Part shown: one piece after another, positions 9,750 to 19,587 of the stretch
How positions within the stretch are numbered: the first letter of the stretch is position 1
Layout: each line of letters begins with the position of its first letter
DNA from: Rhodothermales bacterium
GTDB lineage: Bacteria; Bacteroidota; Rhodothermia; Rhodothermales; Bin80
Reading direction: 5' to 3'
DNA: 64,000 nucleotides
Assembly: GCA_028278205.1 (NCBI GenBank)
Contig: JANQES010000045.1
Coordinates: forward strand, 16,319 to 80,318
Notes under the pieces: model-generated
The model's input: only the letters and a program-made list of their open reading frames with translations
Database searches by the model: none
What the model was told of the DNA's origin: nothing
Translations under genes and position numbers: made by a program

Positions 9750-10205
9750 TTAGTGATACATGTCCGCCAGTTGAATGCGCGTGTTCATCAGCCGCTCGAC
9801 GATGACGTGCGAAAAGTGCTTGAGCACGTCGTAGCCGAAAGCCGGGTTGCTCTCGCAGAGATCCCGGACGCAGCGGGCATCGAACTGGATGGCCGAGACC
9901 GGCGTGGCCGCGCGCGCATCGTAATGCCACGTGTAAGGCGGCACCAGCCACGACCACCCCACGATGCTGCCCTCGCCGATGGTCTGGAGCGTGGTGATCT
10001 TGTTGGCCGCTTCCATCTCCAGGGCTACCATGCCTTCGCGGATGGCTACAAAGTGCGTCGCCTCATGGCCCACGAGCAGCAAGAACTCGCCTTTTTTGAA
10101 CGCGACGGGCGAGGCACAACCGGCAAGCATCTCCAGGTGCTCACGCGGCATATCCTTAAAAAAGCGGAGTTCGGCCAGGCTTTGGGTGATGCTCTGAACA
10201 GTCAT
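9750..10205 (-). CDS. stand-alone cyclic-nucleotide-binding (Crp-effector-like) domain protein
   Basis: 151 aa containing FKKGEFLLLVGHEATHFVAIREGMVALEM. Too short to carry an HTH. A strong SD (GGAGGAGG) lies upstream. Confidence 0.7.
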   Translation of the reverse strand: MTVQSITQSLAELRFFKDMPREHLEMLAGCASPVAFKKGEFLLLVGHEATHFVAIREGMVALEMEAANKITTLQTIGEGSIVGWSWLVPPYTWHYDARAATPVSAIQFDARCVRDLCESNPAFGYDVLKHFSHVIVERLMNTRIQLADMYH

Positions 10206-10245
10206 AACGGCTTGCTTCCTCCTCCGGCAGGCTCGCTGCCAGGCT

Positions 10246-11442
10246 TTAATACTCGCTCTCGTCCTCCAGGGCCGGCGCCGGGGGCGCGGTCGCGCGGATG
10301 GCGCGCACTTCCTCGGTCAGATCGATGCCTACCGGGCACCACGTGATGCATCGCCCGCAGCCGACGCAGCCCGACGTGCCGAACTGGTCGATCCAACTGG
10401 CTAACTTGTGCGTGAGCCACTGCCGGTAGCGCGCCATGCCCGACATCCGCACGCTGCCGCCGTGGATGTAGGAATACTGCATCGAGAAGCACGAATCCCA
10501 CAGTTGCACCCGCTCGGCAGTCTTGCCGCTGAGGTCGGTGAGGTCTTCGACAGTGCTGCAGAAACAGGTGGGGCAGACCATCGTGCAGTTGGTGCAGGCC
10601 AGGCACCGGTCGGCCACCTCGTCCCAGCGGGGATGATCCAGATTACCCAGGAGCAGATCGTGGACGTCCGTCGTGTCGAGCGAGCGCTGCATCGACTCAG
10701 CGGTGCGCTCGACGATGCGGCGGGCCTCGGCCAGGTCGTCGTTGGTGGCGGGGCGGGCTTCCAGTTTTGCCAGCAGCGCCGCGCCGGTTTCCGTGCCGGT
10801 TTCCACCAGAAAGACGTGCCGCTCGGCATCGACGATCTCGGTCAGCGCCAGGTCGAAACCCTGGCGCACCTGCGGGCCGGTGTCCATCGACGCACAGAAG
10901 CACGTAGCCGCCGCGTGCCCGCAATTGACCGCAACGATGACGGTGTTCTGGCGACGCGCGGCATAGACGGGATCGACGTACGGCCCCTGCATAAAGATGC
11001 GATCCTGGATGGCGATGGCGGCCAGTTCGCAGGCGCGCACGCCCAGGAAAGCCCGGCGCTGCGGCGTCTCTTCCTCAGGAATAACACGGAATTTTCCCTT
11101 CCCCTTGCGTTCAGCCTGCCAGAGACGACGCATGGGCGGGAAGAGATAACGTTTCCACGAATGCGGCCCGACGGCGAAGCCAAACAAGGCGTCGTCGTCG
11201 CGTCGTTTGAGGTGATAGACGCCGCCCTCCTGTTCGTCCATCCATCCCGCCGGCAGGTCGCCGGCAGCCTCCACCTCGTCGTAGACGATGGCGCCGTCAC
11301 GAAGCAGGGGTCCCAGCACCTGGTACCCCTCTTTCCGCAACACGTCGATGAGCCGCTGCATCTCCGTAGCATTGATCATGCCGGTGCGGAGGCCACCCTC
11401 GACGGCGACGGGTTTTTCTTCCTGCTGAGCAGATGCTTCCAT
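10246..11442 (-). CDS. hydrogenase beta subunit (4Fe-4S dicluster protein)
   Basis: Cys motifs [16 protein letters not shown] and [12 protein letters not shown]. Start [10 protein letters not shown] is at 11442. The track ORF extends to 11574. Confidence 0.8.
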   Translation of the reverse strand: MEASAQQEEKPVAVEGGLRTGMINATEMQRLIDVLRKEGYQVLGPLLRDGAIVYDEVEAAGDLPAGWMDEQEGGVYHLKRRDDDALFGFAVGPHSWKRYLFPPMRRLWQAERKGKGKFRVIPEEETPQRRAFLGVRACELAAIAIQDRIFMQGPYVDPVYAARRQNTVIVAVNCGHAAATCFCASMDTGPQVRQGFDLALTEIVDAERHVFLVETGTETGAALLAKLEARPATNDDLAEARRIVERTAESMQRSLDTTDVHDLLLGNLDHPRWDEVADRCLACTNCTMVCPTCFCSTVEDLTDLSGKTAERVQLWDSCFSMQYSYIHGGSVRMSGMARYRQWLTHKLASWIDQFGTSGCVGCGRCITWCPVGIDLTEEVRAIRATAPPAPALEDESEY

Positions 11443-11621
11443 AGATCCACCATGCTTTACAAATCGCGGGCGATGCCATGGAGTATGTACGGCCAGTGAA
11501 TTGCTTTTTTTGAAGGGTTGCCCCCACATCTTGTGTAGGGAAAACGCTATCGATAGCGTACGGAAAAAACCCACAAAAAAAGCGATTCAAATCATAAAAA
11601 ACTGCGCCAGAATTTTCACTA

Positions 11622-12798
11622 AACCTGTTGCGCGATAAGAAGTAGGACCTTTCAGCCTTCTTCCTTTACACCTAGATGCTACCTCCGATGGGCCTGTTTC
11701 GCAAGCTCCAGAACAAACCCACGCTGTTTCTCTCGACCACCGGCATGCAACTCCACCGCTTCGAGCAACTCATGCCCGCCTTCGAACAAGCCTATGAGCA
11801 GCTCGAAGCCCAGCGCAAAAGCCGCGTCGTCAAAACCGGCCAAGAACGCCAACGAAAACCCGGCGGCGGGGCGCAGTTCTCGACCGAGTTGGCCGAGAGG
11901 CTCTTGATGCTCCTGCTTTACTACCGGCTCTACCTCACGCAAGAGTTTATGACGCTCTTGTTCGAGGTCGAAGACAAGGCCACCATCAGCCGGGCTATCG
12001 CTCAAGTGCGGCCCGTCTTCGAGGCCGTGCTGCCGGTACCGGAACGGGCGCGCAAGACCATCGTGGCCTTGGCCGAAAAAGAAACCCAGCGTCGGCGCGG
12101 TCGCATCAACAACGTCGAGGACTTCGTCAAGGAATACCCCGAACTGTCGATCTTGATCGACGGCGTCGAACAGCCCAAACAAAGGCCGCAGGACCCGAAA
12201 AAGCGCAAGAGCGACTATTCGGGCAAGAAACGCCGCCATACGCTTAAGCAGATCGTCACGGGCACGCCCAACGGGATCATCCTCGATCAGAGTCCGTCGG
12301 TGGGCGGGCGCTGTCACGACTTCCGGGCCTTCAAAGCCCATGTGGCTAAGGACTGGTTGGGCGGGGCAGGGGTCGAGGGCTCGGCGATGTTCGAGCAACT
12401 TCGATCCCTCCGCGTGGTGGGCACCACCGACAGCGGCTTCACAGGCATCGACAAGCTCTCGCTGCCGATGACCACGCGCGTGGTCGAGCGGGCTCGCCGA
12501 AACCATCCGCTGAGTCCGCAACAGAAGGTGCTCAACCGGGTGCGCTCTAGAGAACGCATCAAGATCGAGCACACCATTGGCCACCGCAAGAAGTACCGGA
12601 TCGCCTCAGCGGTCTATCGTAATGCGGATGAAGACTACGACGAGGCGATGAACGTCGTCGGGGGTCTGGTCAACCTGCGGGCCTATGATCGTATCGTGCA
12701 ACAGACCGGGATCGATCTGCTGGCGGTGAGCATCTAGTCAAAGAACACCCTGGGACCGGTATGGTCCATGGAAAGTCACGCTTTATCGCGCAACAGGT
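11622..12798 (+). mobile_element. IS5-family insertion sequence (DDE_Tnp_4-like transposase)
   Basis: 16-bp perfect terminal inverted repeats ACCTGTTGCGCGATAA at 11623-11638 and, inverted, at 12783-12798. Direct CTA repeats flank the element at 11619-11621 and 12799-12801. Confidence 0.85.
11676..12737 (+). CDS. IS5-family DDE transposase
   Basis: Contains ILIDGVEQ, YSGKKRRHTLKQIV, TTDSGFTGI and RERIKIEHTIGHRKKYRI, matching a DDE_Tnp_4-like pattern. Confidence 0.85.
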   Translation: MLPPMGLFRKLQNKPTLFLSTTGMQLHRFEQLMPAFEQAYEQLEAQRKSRVVKTGQERQRKPGGGAQFSTELAERLLMLLLYYRLYLTQEFMTLLFEVEDKATISRAIAQVRPVFEAVLPVPERARKTIVALAEKETQRRRGRINNVEDFVKEYPELSILIDGVEQPKQRPQDPKKRKSDYSGKKRRHTLKQIVTGTPNGIILDQSPSVGGRCHDFRAFKAHVAKDWLGGAGVEGSAMFEQLRSLRVVGTTDSGFTGIDKLSLPMTTRVVERARRNHPLSPQQKVLNRVRSRERIKIEHTIGHRKKYRIASAVYRNADEDYDEAMNVVGGLVNLRAYDRIVQQTGIDLLAVSI

Positions 12799-13653
12799 CT
12801 ACTGAAGGTCGCGTTTGCGGGCGCGTGTTGCCGCATGCTCTTGCGCCGGCTCCTCATCCTGGTTGAGCAGGTCGGTGTCTGGCTTTTGCACAGGGATCCG
12901 CTCCGGCATGATCTCCGGAGAACGAGCTTCTGAGGCCGACGTCAGGAGCCTGGCAACGCGGTCGGCCAGCGTCTCCAGGTCTTCGTGCTTTTTCCGACGC
13001 CAGGATCGGTCGGCATAAAAGATGACCGGGGTGGCTACGAGAAGAATGAGCAGAAAGACGAGCCAGCCGAGCGCGCCCAACTCTGCCAGCGCCGTCGCCA
13101 TCACGGCAATGGTGCCGGCCAGGGCCACGCCGTAGGACAGGCTCTCGGCTACCGGACCGCTCAAACCGACCCGTTGGCTCAACCGGATGTGGACCTTGTC
13201 TCCATGCGGACGGACCAACACCCGCGTCTCGACACCAGACATGCTCTTGTGTTTCCACGCCACCGAACGACCGATTTGCTCGGTCACGCCGTCTCCGTAG
13301 TTCGGTATCCCCATCATGGCTCCGAGGCTGGAGTCGAACTGATGGCGCAGTTCGGCCACGACATCTTCCCAGGCTTCGGGGTTGAGCGGCCCCGGCACCC
13401 AGCGCTCCGTAAAGATATGGGTGGACGACGCGCTCCTCCTTCCCGGAAGCCCGGATCGCGGTTCGTCCATCTCGGCGGCTGCTTGCCGGAGCAGCGACGG
13501 ATCCAGACCGGCCTCGGCGGCAACCGATTCGAGTTCGGCCAGGGTAAGACCGGCTCGGTGGCCGCCGCGGTGGTTCTGCTCGGCCTGGAGTTCACTCGCC
13601 CGCTCAATCAGCGCAGCTATCTCCTGCTCCGTATAGACGCGCTCTTTCATCAA
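12799..13653 (-). CDS. hypothetical membrane protein
   Basis: 284-aa ORF with good coding look and two adjacent hydrophobic helices (VALAGTIAVMATALAELGALGWLVFLLILLVATPVIFY). No family recognised. Its stop codon coincides with the IS target duplication. Confidence 0.55.
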   Translation of the reverse strand: MMKERVYTEQEIAALIERASELQAEQNHRGGHRAGLTLAELESVAAEAGLDPSLLRQAAAEMDEPRSGLPGRRSASSTHIFTERWVPGPLNPEAWEDVVAELRHQFDSSLGAMMGIPNYGDGVTEQIGRSVAWKHKSMSGVETRVLVRPHGDKVHIRLSQRVGLSGPVAESLSYGVALAGTIAVMATALAELGALGWLVFLLILLVATPVIFYADRSWRRKKHEDLETLADRVARLLTSASEARSPEIMPERIPVQKPDTDLLNQDEEPAQEHAATRARKRDLQ

Positions 13654-13695
13654 CGTTGAGAGCCAGGGGCTTGTAGCGAGCGTGCAGCTTAACGC

Positions 13696-14325
13696 TTATT
13701 GAGACCCGGCAGCGCCGGTTATCGGCCCGGCCACCAACTCGGCATGGACGATCACCTCGTCGCCGGTATGGAGCGCGCCGAACATAGCCGTGGGCGGCTT
13801 GACCTTGTAGTCGCTCATCAACATGGTGTGGCTGCCGGTAAAGACGACCGTGCCGTCGGCCTGCATCTTGCCCTCGACCGTCATGGCAATCTGCTTTGTC
13901 TCGCCGGCCAGCGTCAGGTTGCCGAGCGTCTCCATCGTGAAGCTGTCATCGCCCGTGGCCGTCACCGATTCGACGCTCGTCAAGTCGTAGGTGACGTGCT
14001 CGTGCTGTTTGACTTTGAGGGCATCGTACATGAGGCGGTCCATGATGCTGCTTTTTTTGCTTTTGAGCATCTTGGAGGTCACCTTGAGGTGGGTCGATGT
14101 GAGGCCGGGGTCGGCGGCGGTGGCTGCCGGGTTCATCGTCACATAGCCTTCCAGTTCGGTGGCATGGACGGTCCAGTGGGGGGTTTTGTTGGACGTGCCG
14201 TCGATCCACACTTTGCTATCGGAGGTCAGGGGAAATTGCTTCTGGGCCAGAGCCGGCGCATCGGCCAGCAACAAACCGACGAGCAGCAGCAGCAGAGCGT
14301 GGGTGGTTTTCGTAGCGTTCGACAT
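13696..14325 (-). CDS. YceI-like periplasmic polyisoprenoid-binding protein
   Basis: Start MSNATKTTHALLLLLVGLLLADAPALA (signal peptide) at 14325. C-terminal region LTLAGETKQIAMTVEG...FGALHTGDEVIVHAEL is typical of YceI. Confidence 0.7.
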   Translation of the reverse strand: MSNATKTTHALLLLLVGLLLADAPALAQKQFPLTSDSKVWIDGTSNKTPHWTVHATELEGYVTMNPAATAADPGLTSTHLKVTSKMLKSKKSSIMDRLMYDALKVKQHEHVTYDLTSVESVTATGDDSFTMETLGNLTLAGETKQIAMTVEGKMQADGTVVFTGSHTMLMSDYKVKPPTAMFGALHTGDEVIVHAELVAGPITGAAGSQ

Positions 14326-14622
14326 GGTTCGCAAGAGGTTGGGCTCAGCAAAAAGGACGGACTGTACAACAGGCGAGACGATGACGCCCGGCCCGTGTTC
14401 TTCTAGACCATTACAGGCGCATTGTTTCGAAAAACAAGATGCTAACGCCATCCTTTGCACTTTTCACACCGAATGCACTCATCTGATTGTGAAATCATGA
14501 GAAATGTTAACGAAGATACCGCTCCCATGGGGTCAGGGATCAGATCGTGGATTACAATAGATTTCCGCAAGATTTATATTATAGGGTTAAAGCTCAGTCT
14601 GGTTCGAATTGCGATGAGATCC

Positions 14623-14708
14623 CGTACACCGTGAACCGTAAAACGTAAGGGCGCTCTGTCGAAACCGTTCTACTGGCACCCTTACGCTTGACGTTTTACG
14701 TTGTACGC
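14623..14708. repeat. CGTAAAACGTAAGGG-type palindromic element
   Basis: cgtacaccgtgaaccgtaaaacgtaagggcgc pairs with gcacccttacgcttgacgttttacgttgtacg. Relatives lie at 44197-44258 and 18781-18839. Confidence 0.8.
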
Positions 14709-14777
14709 CACCATCCATCCTAAAACGCCGGATGGAGCCCTCGGTCCATTCTCCACCATCTGCCAACCACGGGGATC

Positions 14778-16223
14778 ATGAAAAAGAAAAGCAAAAACAC
14801 CTCCAGAACCCGCAAGGAATCACGTCGGGAGTTCCTGAAAAAAGGCGCGCTGGGCGCCGCGGCGGTGATGGCCGGATGCTCGCCCAAGGTGGCCGAGCAG
14901 GTGGCCGAGACGCAAACGACCAAACCAGCAGCGCCGGCAACGGGAGCTGTGCTCGGGGCCAATGACCAGATTATCACCGGCTTCATCGGCGTCGGCGGCC
15001 AGGGGTTCAACTCGCACCTGCGCAACGTCATCAATGTCGGTCGCGAAGGCAGGCCGGCTCACAAACTACAACTCAACGCCATCGGCGCTGCCGCCTGCGA
15101 CCTCTACTCAGTGCGTAGAGATCGGGCCTACGAAGCCCTCGAGGGCGCCCGCGCCGCCGCCGGACGCTCGGCTCCGGTCACGGTCCACGAAGACTATCGC
15201 GAATTGCTCGACAACCCGGACATCGACGCCATCTTCATCGGCACCGTCGATCACTGGCACACCAAGATCGCCGTCGATGCCCTCGACGCCGGCAAGCACG
15301 TCTATTGCGAAAAGCCGATGACGCGCTACATGATGGAAGGCTTCGAGATCTATGACAAAGTCATGGAGACGAAGAAGAAGTTCCAGATCGGCTCGCAGTA
15401 TTGCTCCGAAGGCAAGTGGCACAAAGCCGCCGAGATGATCCAGGCCGGCCAGATCGGCCCGCTGGTGCTGGCGCAAGACTCGTACATGCGCAACAGCCCC
15501 GACGGCGAATGGAACTACTACCAGATTGAGCCGGAACTCGAACCCGGCAAGACCATCAACTGGAAGGAGTGGCTCGGCCCGGTGTCTGCGCGTGAGTTCA
15601 ACGCGGAGCATTACCATCGCTGGCGCAAGTACTACCCCTACTGCGCCGGCATCCTGGGCGACCTGCTGGCCCACCGCATCCACCCGCTGCTGATCGCCAC
15701 GGGCGCTCCGGAATTCCCGAAACGCGTCTGCTCGATCGGCAACAAGGTGATCATGGATTCCAACGTCGGCGCAGAAGACCGCGACGTGACGGAAAACACG
15801 CAGCTTCTGGTCGAATTCCCGAGCGGCCTCTGCATGCTCATCACGGGTAGCTCGGTCAACGAGCAGGGCCTGCCGCAGGTCATCCGCGGCCATGAAGGCA
15901 CACTCTACTTCAGCGGCGGTCGCGTAGAACTGCGCCCCGAACGGCCCTTCGCCGACCTGGTCGATGCAGAACTGCACGAAAACATCGAGCCCGGCGTGAG
16001 CATCCCGGCGCACATCCAGGACTTCTTCACGGCCATCCGTGACGACACGGACACCAACGGCAACATCGACGTCGCCGTCAAGTGCCAGACCATCATCTCG
16101 ATGTCCGAGATGTCGGAACGCCTGGGCGAGATGCTCTACTTCGACGAGAAAACCCGCACGCTCTCGACGGGCAGCAGCAAGAAGATCGAGCCGATCACGT
16201 ACGGCACGCTCGATCTTTCGTAA
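14778..16223 (+). CDS. Gfo/Idh/MocA-family oxidoreductase with twin-arginine signal
   Basis: TAT motif SRREFLKKGALGAAAVMAG and Rossmann motif GFIGVGGQG. Contains the conserved EKP motif (HVYCEKPM). Confidence 0.8.
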   Translation: MKKKSKNTSRTRKESRREFLKKGALGAAAVMAGCSPKVAEQVAETQTTKPAAPATGAVLGANDQIITGFIGVGGQGFNSHLRNVINVGREGRPAHKLQLNAIGAAACDLYSVRRDRAYEALEGARAAAGRSAPVTVHEDYRELLDNPDIDAIFIGTVDHWHTKIAVDALDAGKHVYCEKPMTRYMMEGFEIYDKVMETKKKFQIGSQYCSEGKWHKAAEMIQAGQIGPLVLAQDSYMRNSPDGEWNYYQIEPELEPGKTINWKEWLGPVSAREFNAEHYHRWRKYYPYCAGILGDLLAHRIHPLLIATGAPEFPKRVCSIGNKVIMDSNVGAEDRDVTENTQLLVEFPSGLCMLITGSSVNEQGLPQVIRGHEGTLYFSGGRVELRPERPFADLVDAELHENIEPGVSIPAHIQDFFTAIRDDTDTNGNIDVAVKCQTIISMSEMSERLGEMLYFDEKTRTLSTGSSKKIEPITYGTLDLS

Positions 16224-16226
16224 ACT

Positions 16227-16303
16227 AAGTGTTTGAGTGTTATAGTGTTTGGGTGTTCAAGTTCTTTTACTCAAACACTATAACACCTTAACACTCAAAC
16301 ACT
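16227..16303. repeat. GTGTT-oligomer palindromic element
   Basis: agtgtttgagtgttatagtgtttgggtgtt pairs with tcaaacactataacaccttaacactcaaacact. Relatives lie at 43569-43637 and 47519-47592. Confidence 0.85.
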
Positions 16304-17269
16304 ATGAAGACCGTCCGGCTGGCTCTGGAGGCGATGGCGACGCGCTTCGAACTCGTCCTCCACGGCGACGACGCGGTGCGGTTGCGGGCTGCCGGCGAAG
16401 AGGCCCTGGCCGAGATCCGGCGGCTGGAAGCGCAGTTGAGTTTCTACGATCCGTCGAGCCAGATCAGCCGGATCAACGCGCGGGCTGCTGACGGCCCGGT
16501 GCGGGTAGCGCCGCGTCTGTTCCGGCTGTTGCAAACGGCGCAGCAGTTGCACGCCGCCACCGACGGCGCCTTCGACCTGACCGTGGCGCCGCTGATGCGA
16601 TGCTGGGGGTTTACACGCGGCACGGGCCATCTGCCCGACCCTGAAGCGCTGGCCGAAGCCCGAAGCAAGACCGGCATGCATCTGGTCCTGCTCGACGAAG
16701 AGGCCTTCACCGTGGCCTTCGCCCGCCCCGGCGTGCTGCTCGACCTGGGCGCCATCGGGAAAGGATATGCCGTCGAAGAAGCCGCGCAGATTCTCGTCGA
16801 AGCCGGGGTCGAACGCGCCTTTCTGCACGGCGGCACCAGCACCATCCACGCCCTCGGCACGCCGCTCGACGAGGCCTGCTGGAACGTGGCGATCCCACAC
16901 CCGGACGCCGACCCCGCCGCGCCGAATGACGACGACGTGCTGGTGGTGGTCCCGCTCAAAGACGAGGCCCTGTCGGTCTCGGCGGTCTGGGGCAAAGCGT
17001 TCGAGGCCGATGGCAAAACCTACGGCCACGTGCTCGATCCGCGCTCCGGCCACCCGGTCGACGGCGCGGTGCTCACCGCTGTAGCCGGCCCCTCGGCCAC
17101 TACGTGCGACGCCCTCTCGACGGCCCTCCTCGTACTCGGCTGCGACGCCGGGGAACTGATGACCAGCCTTGACGATAGCATCCGTGCTATGACGGTCTGC
17201 TCAAAGGATGCCGAAGACGGGTTTGAGGTGATGCAGACTGGTATCGAGGTCTACGACCCTGGATTTTAG
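16304..17269 (+). CDS. apbE: FAD:protein FMN transferase (ApbE family), no signal peptide seen
   Basis: Contains [35 protein letters not shown] and DALSTAL. The TAG stop (17267-17269) lies inside the following repeat arm. Confidence 0.82.
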   Translation: MKTVRLALEAMATRFELVLHGDDAVRLRAAGEEALAEIRRLEAQLSFYDPSSQISRINARAADGPVRVAPRLFRLLQTAQQLHAATDGAFDLTVAPLMRCWGFTRGTGHLPDPEALAEARSKTGMHLVLLDEEAFTVAFARPGVLLDLGAIGKGYAVEEAAQILVEAGVERAFLHGGTSTIHALGTPLDEACWNVAIPHPDADPAAPNDDDVLVVVPLKDEALSVSAVWGKAFEADGKTYGHVLDPRSGHPVDGAVLTAVAGPSATTCDALSTALLVLGCDAGELMTSLDDSIRAMTVCSKDAEDGFEVMQTGIEVYDPGF

Positions 17270-17406
17270 ATTTCGGATTTCGGATTTTGGATTGGTGATG
17301 AACAACGGTCCCGAACAATCGAAAAAGCCGCGATGGTCAGAAACGCTCCGGCTTTTTCGATTGAGATAACGGCGTCGTCTCAGACCAATCCAAAATCCAA
17401 AATCGG
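17261..17406. repeat. GGATTTT-armed MITE-like element, long form
   Basis: Arms are ggattttagatttcggatttcggattttggattgg and ccaatccaaaatccaaaatcgg. The core is aatcgaaaaagccgcg...ccggctttttcgattgag. Confidence 0.85.
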
Positions 17407-17425
17407 ATAACCCCGCTCTCCCGCT

Positions 17426-18718
17426 ATGAAACGTAAAGACAACGACCCCTCGACGCTGAGCCGGCGTAATTTCCTCAAAAGGAGCACGATGGCTTCGGTC
17501 TTCGGCCTTTCGGGGGCTGTCGAGATCATTCCGGAGTCGATCTCGAAGCAGGCCGAGGCCCGTCCGCGCCCGCAGGCGACGGTCAACTGCGCCATCATCG
17601 GCTTCGGCGCGCGAGGCCGCGAACTGGCTTCGACGCTGGCGCGCCTGCCTGAGGCCAACCTCATGGCCGTCTGCGACAACTACGACGTGATGCTGCGCCG
17701 CTCCAAGCGCGACGTGCCGCAGGCCAGCACCCATAGCGACTACCAGGAGGTGCTCAGCAACCCCGACGTGCAGGCCGTGCTCATCGCCACGCCCACGCAC
17801 CTGCACCGCGACATCGCCCTGGCGGCGCTGGAGGCCGGCAAAAACGTCTATTGCGAAGCGCCGATGGCCTCGACCATCGAAGACGCCCGGACCATGGCCC
17901 TCGCCGCCCGCGACGCCGAGAACCAGATCTTCCAGGTGGGCCAGGTCTATCGATCCAACCCGCAGCACCGGTCGGTCTTTCAGTTCATCCGCAGCGGCGC
18001 TATCGGCAAGCCGGCCATGGGACGCGGGCAGTGGCACGCCAAGCAAAGCTGGCGCCGCACCTCGCCCAACCGCGACCGCGAACGCTCCCTCAACTGGCGC
18101 CTCGACCACACCGTCTCGACCGGCCTGATCGGCGAAGTGGGCCTGCATCAACTCGACGTGTCTTTCTGGGTCCTCGGCGAACTGCCCAAAGCCGTCAACG
18201 GCTTCGGCCAGATCAGGGCGTGGGACGACGGGCGGCAGGTCCCCGACACCATCCAGGCCATCATCGAATTCCCCAGCGGCTTGCATATGATGTACGATGC
18301 CACGCTGGCCAGTTCCTTCGACGACGCCTACGAAATCTACTTCGGCAGCGACAGCACGATCATCTTCCGAGACCGGGGCAAGGCGTGGATGTTCAAAGAG
18401 GTGGATGCCCCGCTGCTCGGCTGGGAAGTCTATGCCCGCAAGGATAAGTTCTACAAAGAATCCGGCATCGCACTGCTGGCCAACGCCACCCAGCTCGATG
18501 CCCAGAACATGGACCCCACCGAAGACGACCCCAACGTCGAGTCGCCGCTGTGGTATGCGTTGAAGGAGTTCATGGATAACCACGCCTTCGGCCCCTACCC
18601 GCCCGCCGCCAACTACGAGCGCGGCTACCAGGCCGCCGTCTTCGCCATTAAAGCCAACGAAGCCATCACGCAGAATACACGCGTCGAAATAGACGAGGCG
18701 TTGTATTCGTTGGATTAA
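17426..18718 (+). CDS. Gfo/Idh/MocA-family oxidoreductase with twin-arginine signal
   Basis: TAT motif SRRNFLKRSTMASVFG and Rossmann motif CAIIGFGARG. Contains the conserved EAP motif (NVYCEAPM). Confidence 0.8.
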   Translation: MKRKDNDPSTLSRRNFLKRSTMASVFGLSGAVEIIPESISKQAEARPRPQATVNCAIIGFGARGRELASTLARLPEANLMAVCDNYDVMLRRSKRDVPQASTHSDYQEVLSNPDVQAVLIATPTHLHRDIALAALEAGKNVYCEAPMASTIEDARTMALAARDAENQIFQVGQVYRSNPQHRSVFQFIRSGAIGKPAMGRGQWHAKQSWRRTSPNRDRERSLNWRLDHTVSTGLIGEVGLHQLDVSFWVLGELPKAVNGFGQIRAWDDGRQVPDTIQAIIEFPSGLHMMYDATLASSFDDAYEIYFGSDSTIIFRDRGKAWMFKEVDAPLLGWEVYARKDKFYKESGIALLANATQLDAQNMDPTEDDPNVESPLWYALKEFMDNHAFGPYPPAANYERGYQAAVFAIKANEAITQNTRVEIDEALYSLD

Positions 18719-18780
18719 GGAACCCTTGACTGTTCAAGAAACAGCCCGCTCGCAAATCTTGATGGGCTAGCTTGACACAT

Positions 18781-18839
18781 ACTGCGTACTTCGTATTGCG
18801 TAAGGGTGCTTATTAATACGCAATACGGAGTACGCAGTA
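18781..18839. repeat. palindromic intergenic element
   Basis: actgcgtacttcgtattgcgtaaggg pairs with tacgcaatacggagtacgcagt. Confidence 0.75.
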
Positions 18840-18846
18840 CGTTTTT

Positions 18847-19077
18847 CTAAATAAACCACGCCGCCGTAGAAGAAGAGAGCAGAAACGGTTCCCAGCGGCC
18901 TCGGTGATGGGCGAGGAAAGGCTCGAAGCACTCGGCGTGGACGTGGCAGGGCGGCTCTTCGGGCAGGGCGCCCAGTTCGCGCAGCAGGCGCACCTCGGCA
19001 GGGTCAGCGATCTTGCGACCACAGGCATCACAGATAAAAATGCGCTGCGCAGAGCCGGTCCAGGAATAACGAATCAT
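18847..19077 (-). CDS. small Cys/His-rich hypothetical protein
   Basis: ATG at 19077 is preceded by GGAGGA. 76 aa with CDACGRK...CHVHAEC. Lies downstream of the PAS gene on the same strand. Confidence 0.45.
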   Translation of the reverse strand: MIRYSWTGSAQRIFICDACGRKIADPAEVRLLRELGALPEEPPCHVHAECFEPFLAHHRGRWEPFLLSSSTAAWFI

Positions 19078-19149
19078 CACGCTCCTCCACGAGATGGCCT
19101 CGCGTCTCATTGCACAACCAGCACCCGAATCAAAGGACGATCAAGACCT

Positions 19150-19587
19150 CTATGCGACAGGGGCTTCCAGGTGGATGAAAATGGCGCGTTCGGGTTGATC
19201 GAGTTGGTTGCCGACGGTGGCGCTGAACCAGTGCCAGCGTCCGGCGCCCGTGCGAAGGCGCAGCTTCCAATCGGCTTGCCGGCGTCCGTGGAAGCTCATC
19301 TCGGCCACGTCGCGCATGACACGGTAGAGGTCTTTGGTATGGACGTGGGAGAAGAAACTGGGTTTGTAGGGTTGTTCCGGGTGATAACCGAGCAGGCGGC
19401 GGGCGGCGGGCGTCAGACCCTGGATAGCCCCGCCGGCATCGAGCACGAGGACGGCGTCCTGCGCATCGCCGGCAGGCTGGAAGCGCTTCCGGCCCGGAGC
19501 ATTTTTTTTCGAGGGCCGCTCCTCGGCCATACGATGGGGTTTGAAGGGAGACAACGCTATAACCTTCTCTTCCAAGATCTCCGGCAT
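19150..19587 (-). CDS. PAS-domain protein (sensor module only)
   Basis: VLVLDAGGAIQGLTPAARRLLGYHPEQ...FFSHVHTKD...WKLRLRTGAGRWHWFSATV matches the PAS fold pattern. No output domain present. Confidence 0.6.
   Translation of the reverse strand: MPEILEEKVIALSPFKPHRMAEERPSKKNAPGRKRFQPAGDAQDAVLVLDAGGAIQGLTPAARRLLGYHPEQPYKPSFFSHVHTKDLYRVMRDVAEMSFHGRRQADWKLRLRTGAGRWHWFSATVGNQLDQPERAIFIHLEAPVA

Noticed and set aside
14585-14660. tRNA-like string agctcagtctggttcgaatt
   Set aside because: No 7-bp acceptor stem complement, no anticodon arm and no T-arm pairing could be drawn. The resemblance to D-loop and T-loop words is superficial.
17201-18583. 460-aa minus-strand ORF
   Set aside because: It is antisense to the TAT-signal Gfo/Idh/MocA oxidoreductase and runs through a repeat element. 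No motif found.
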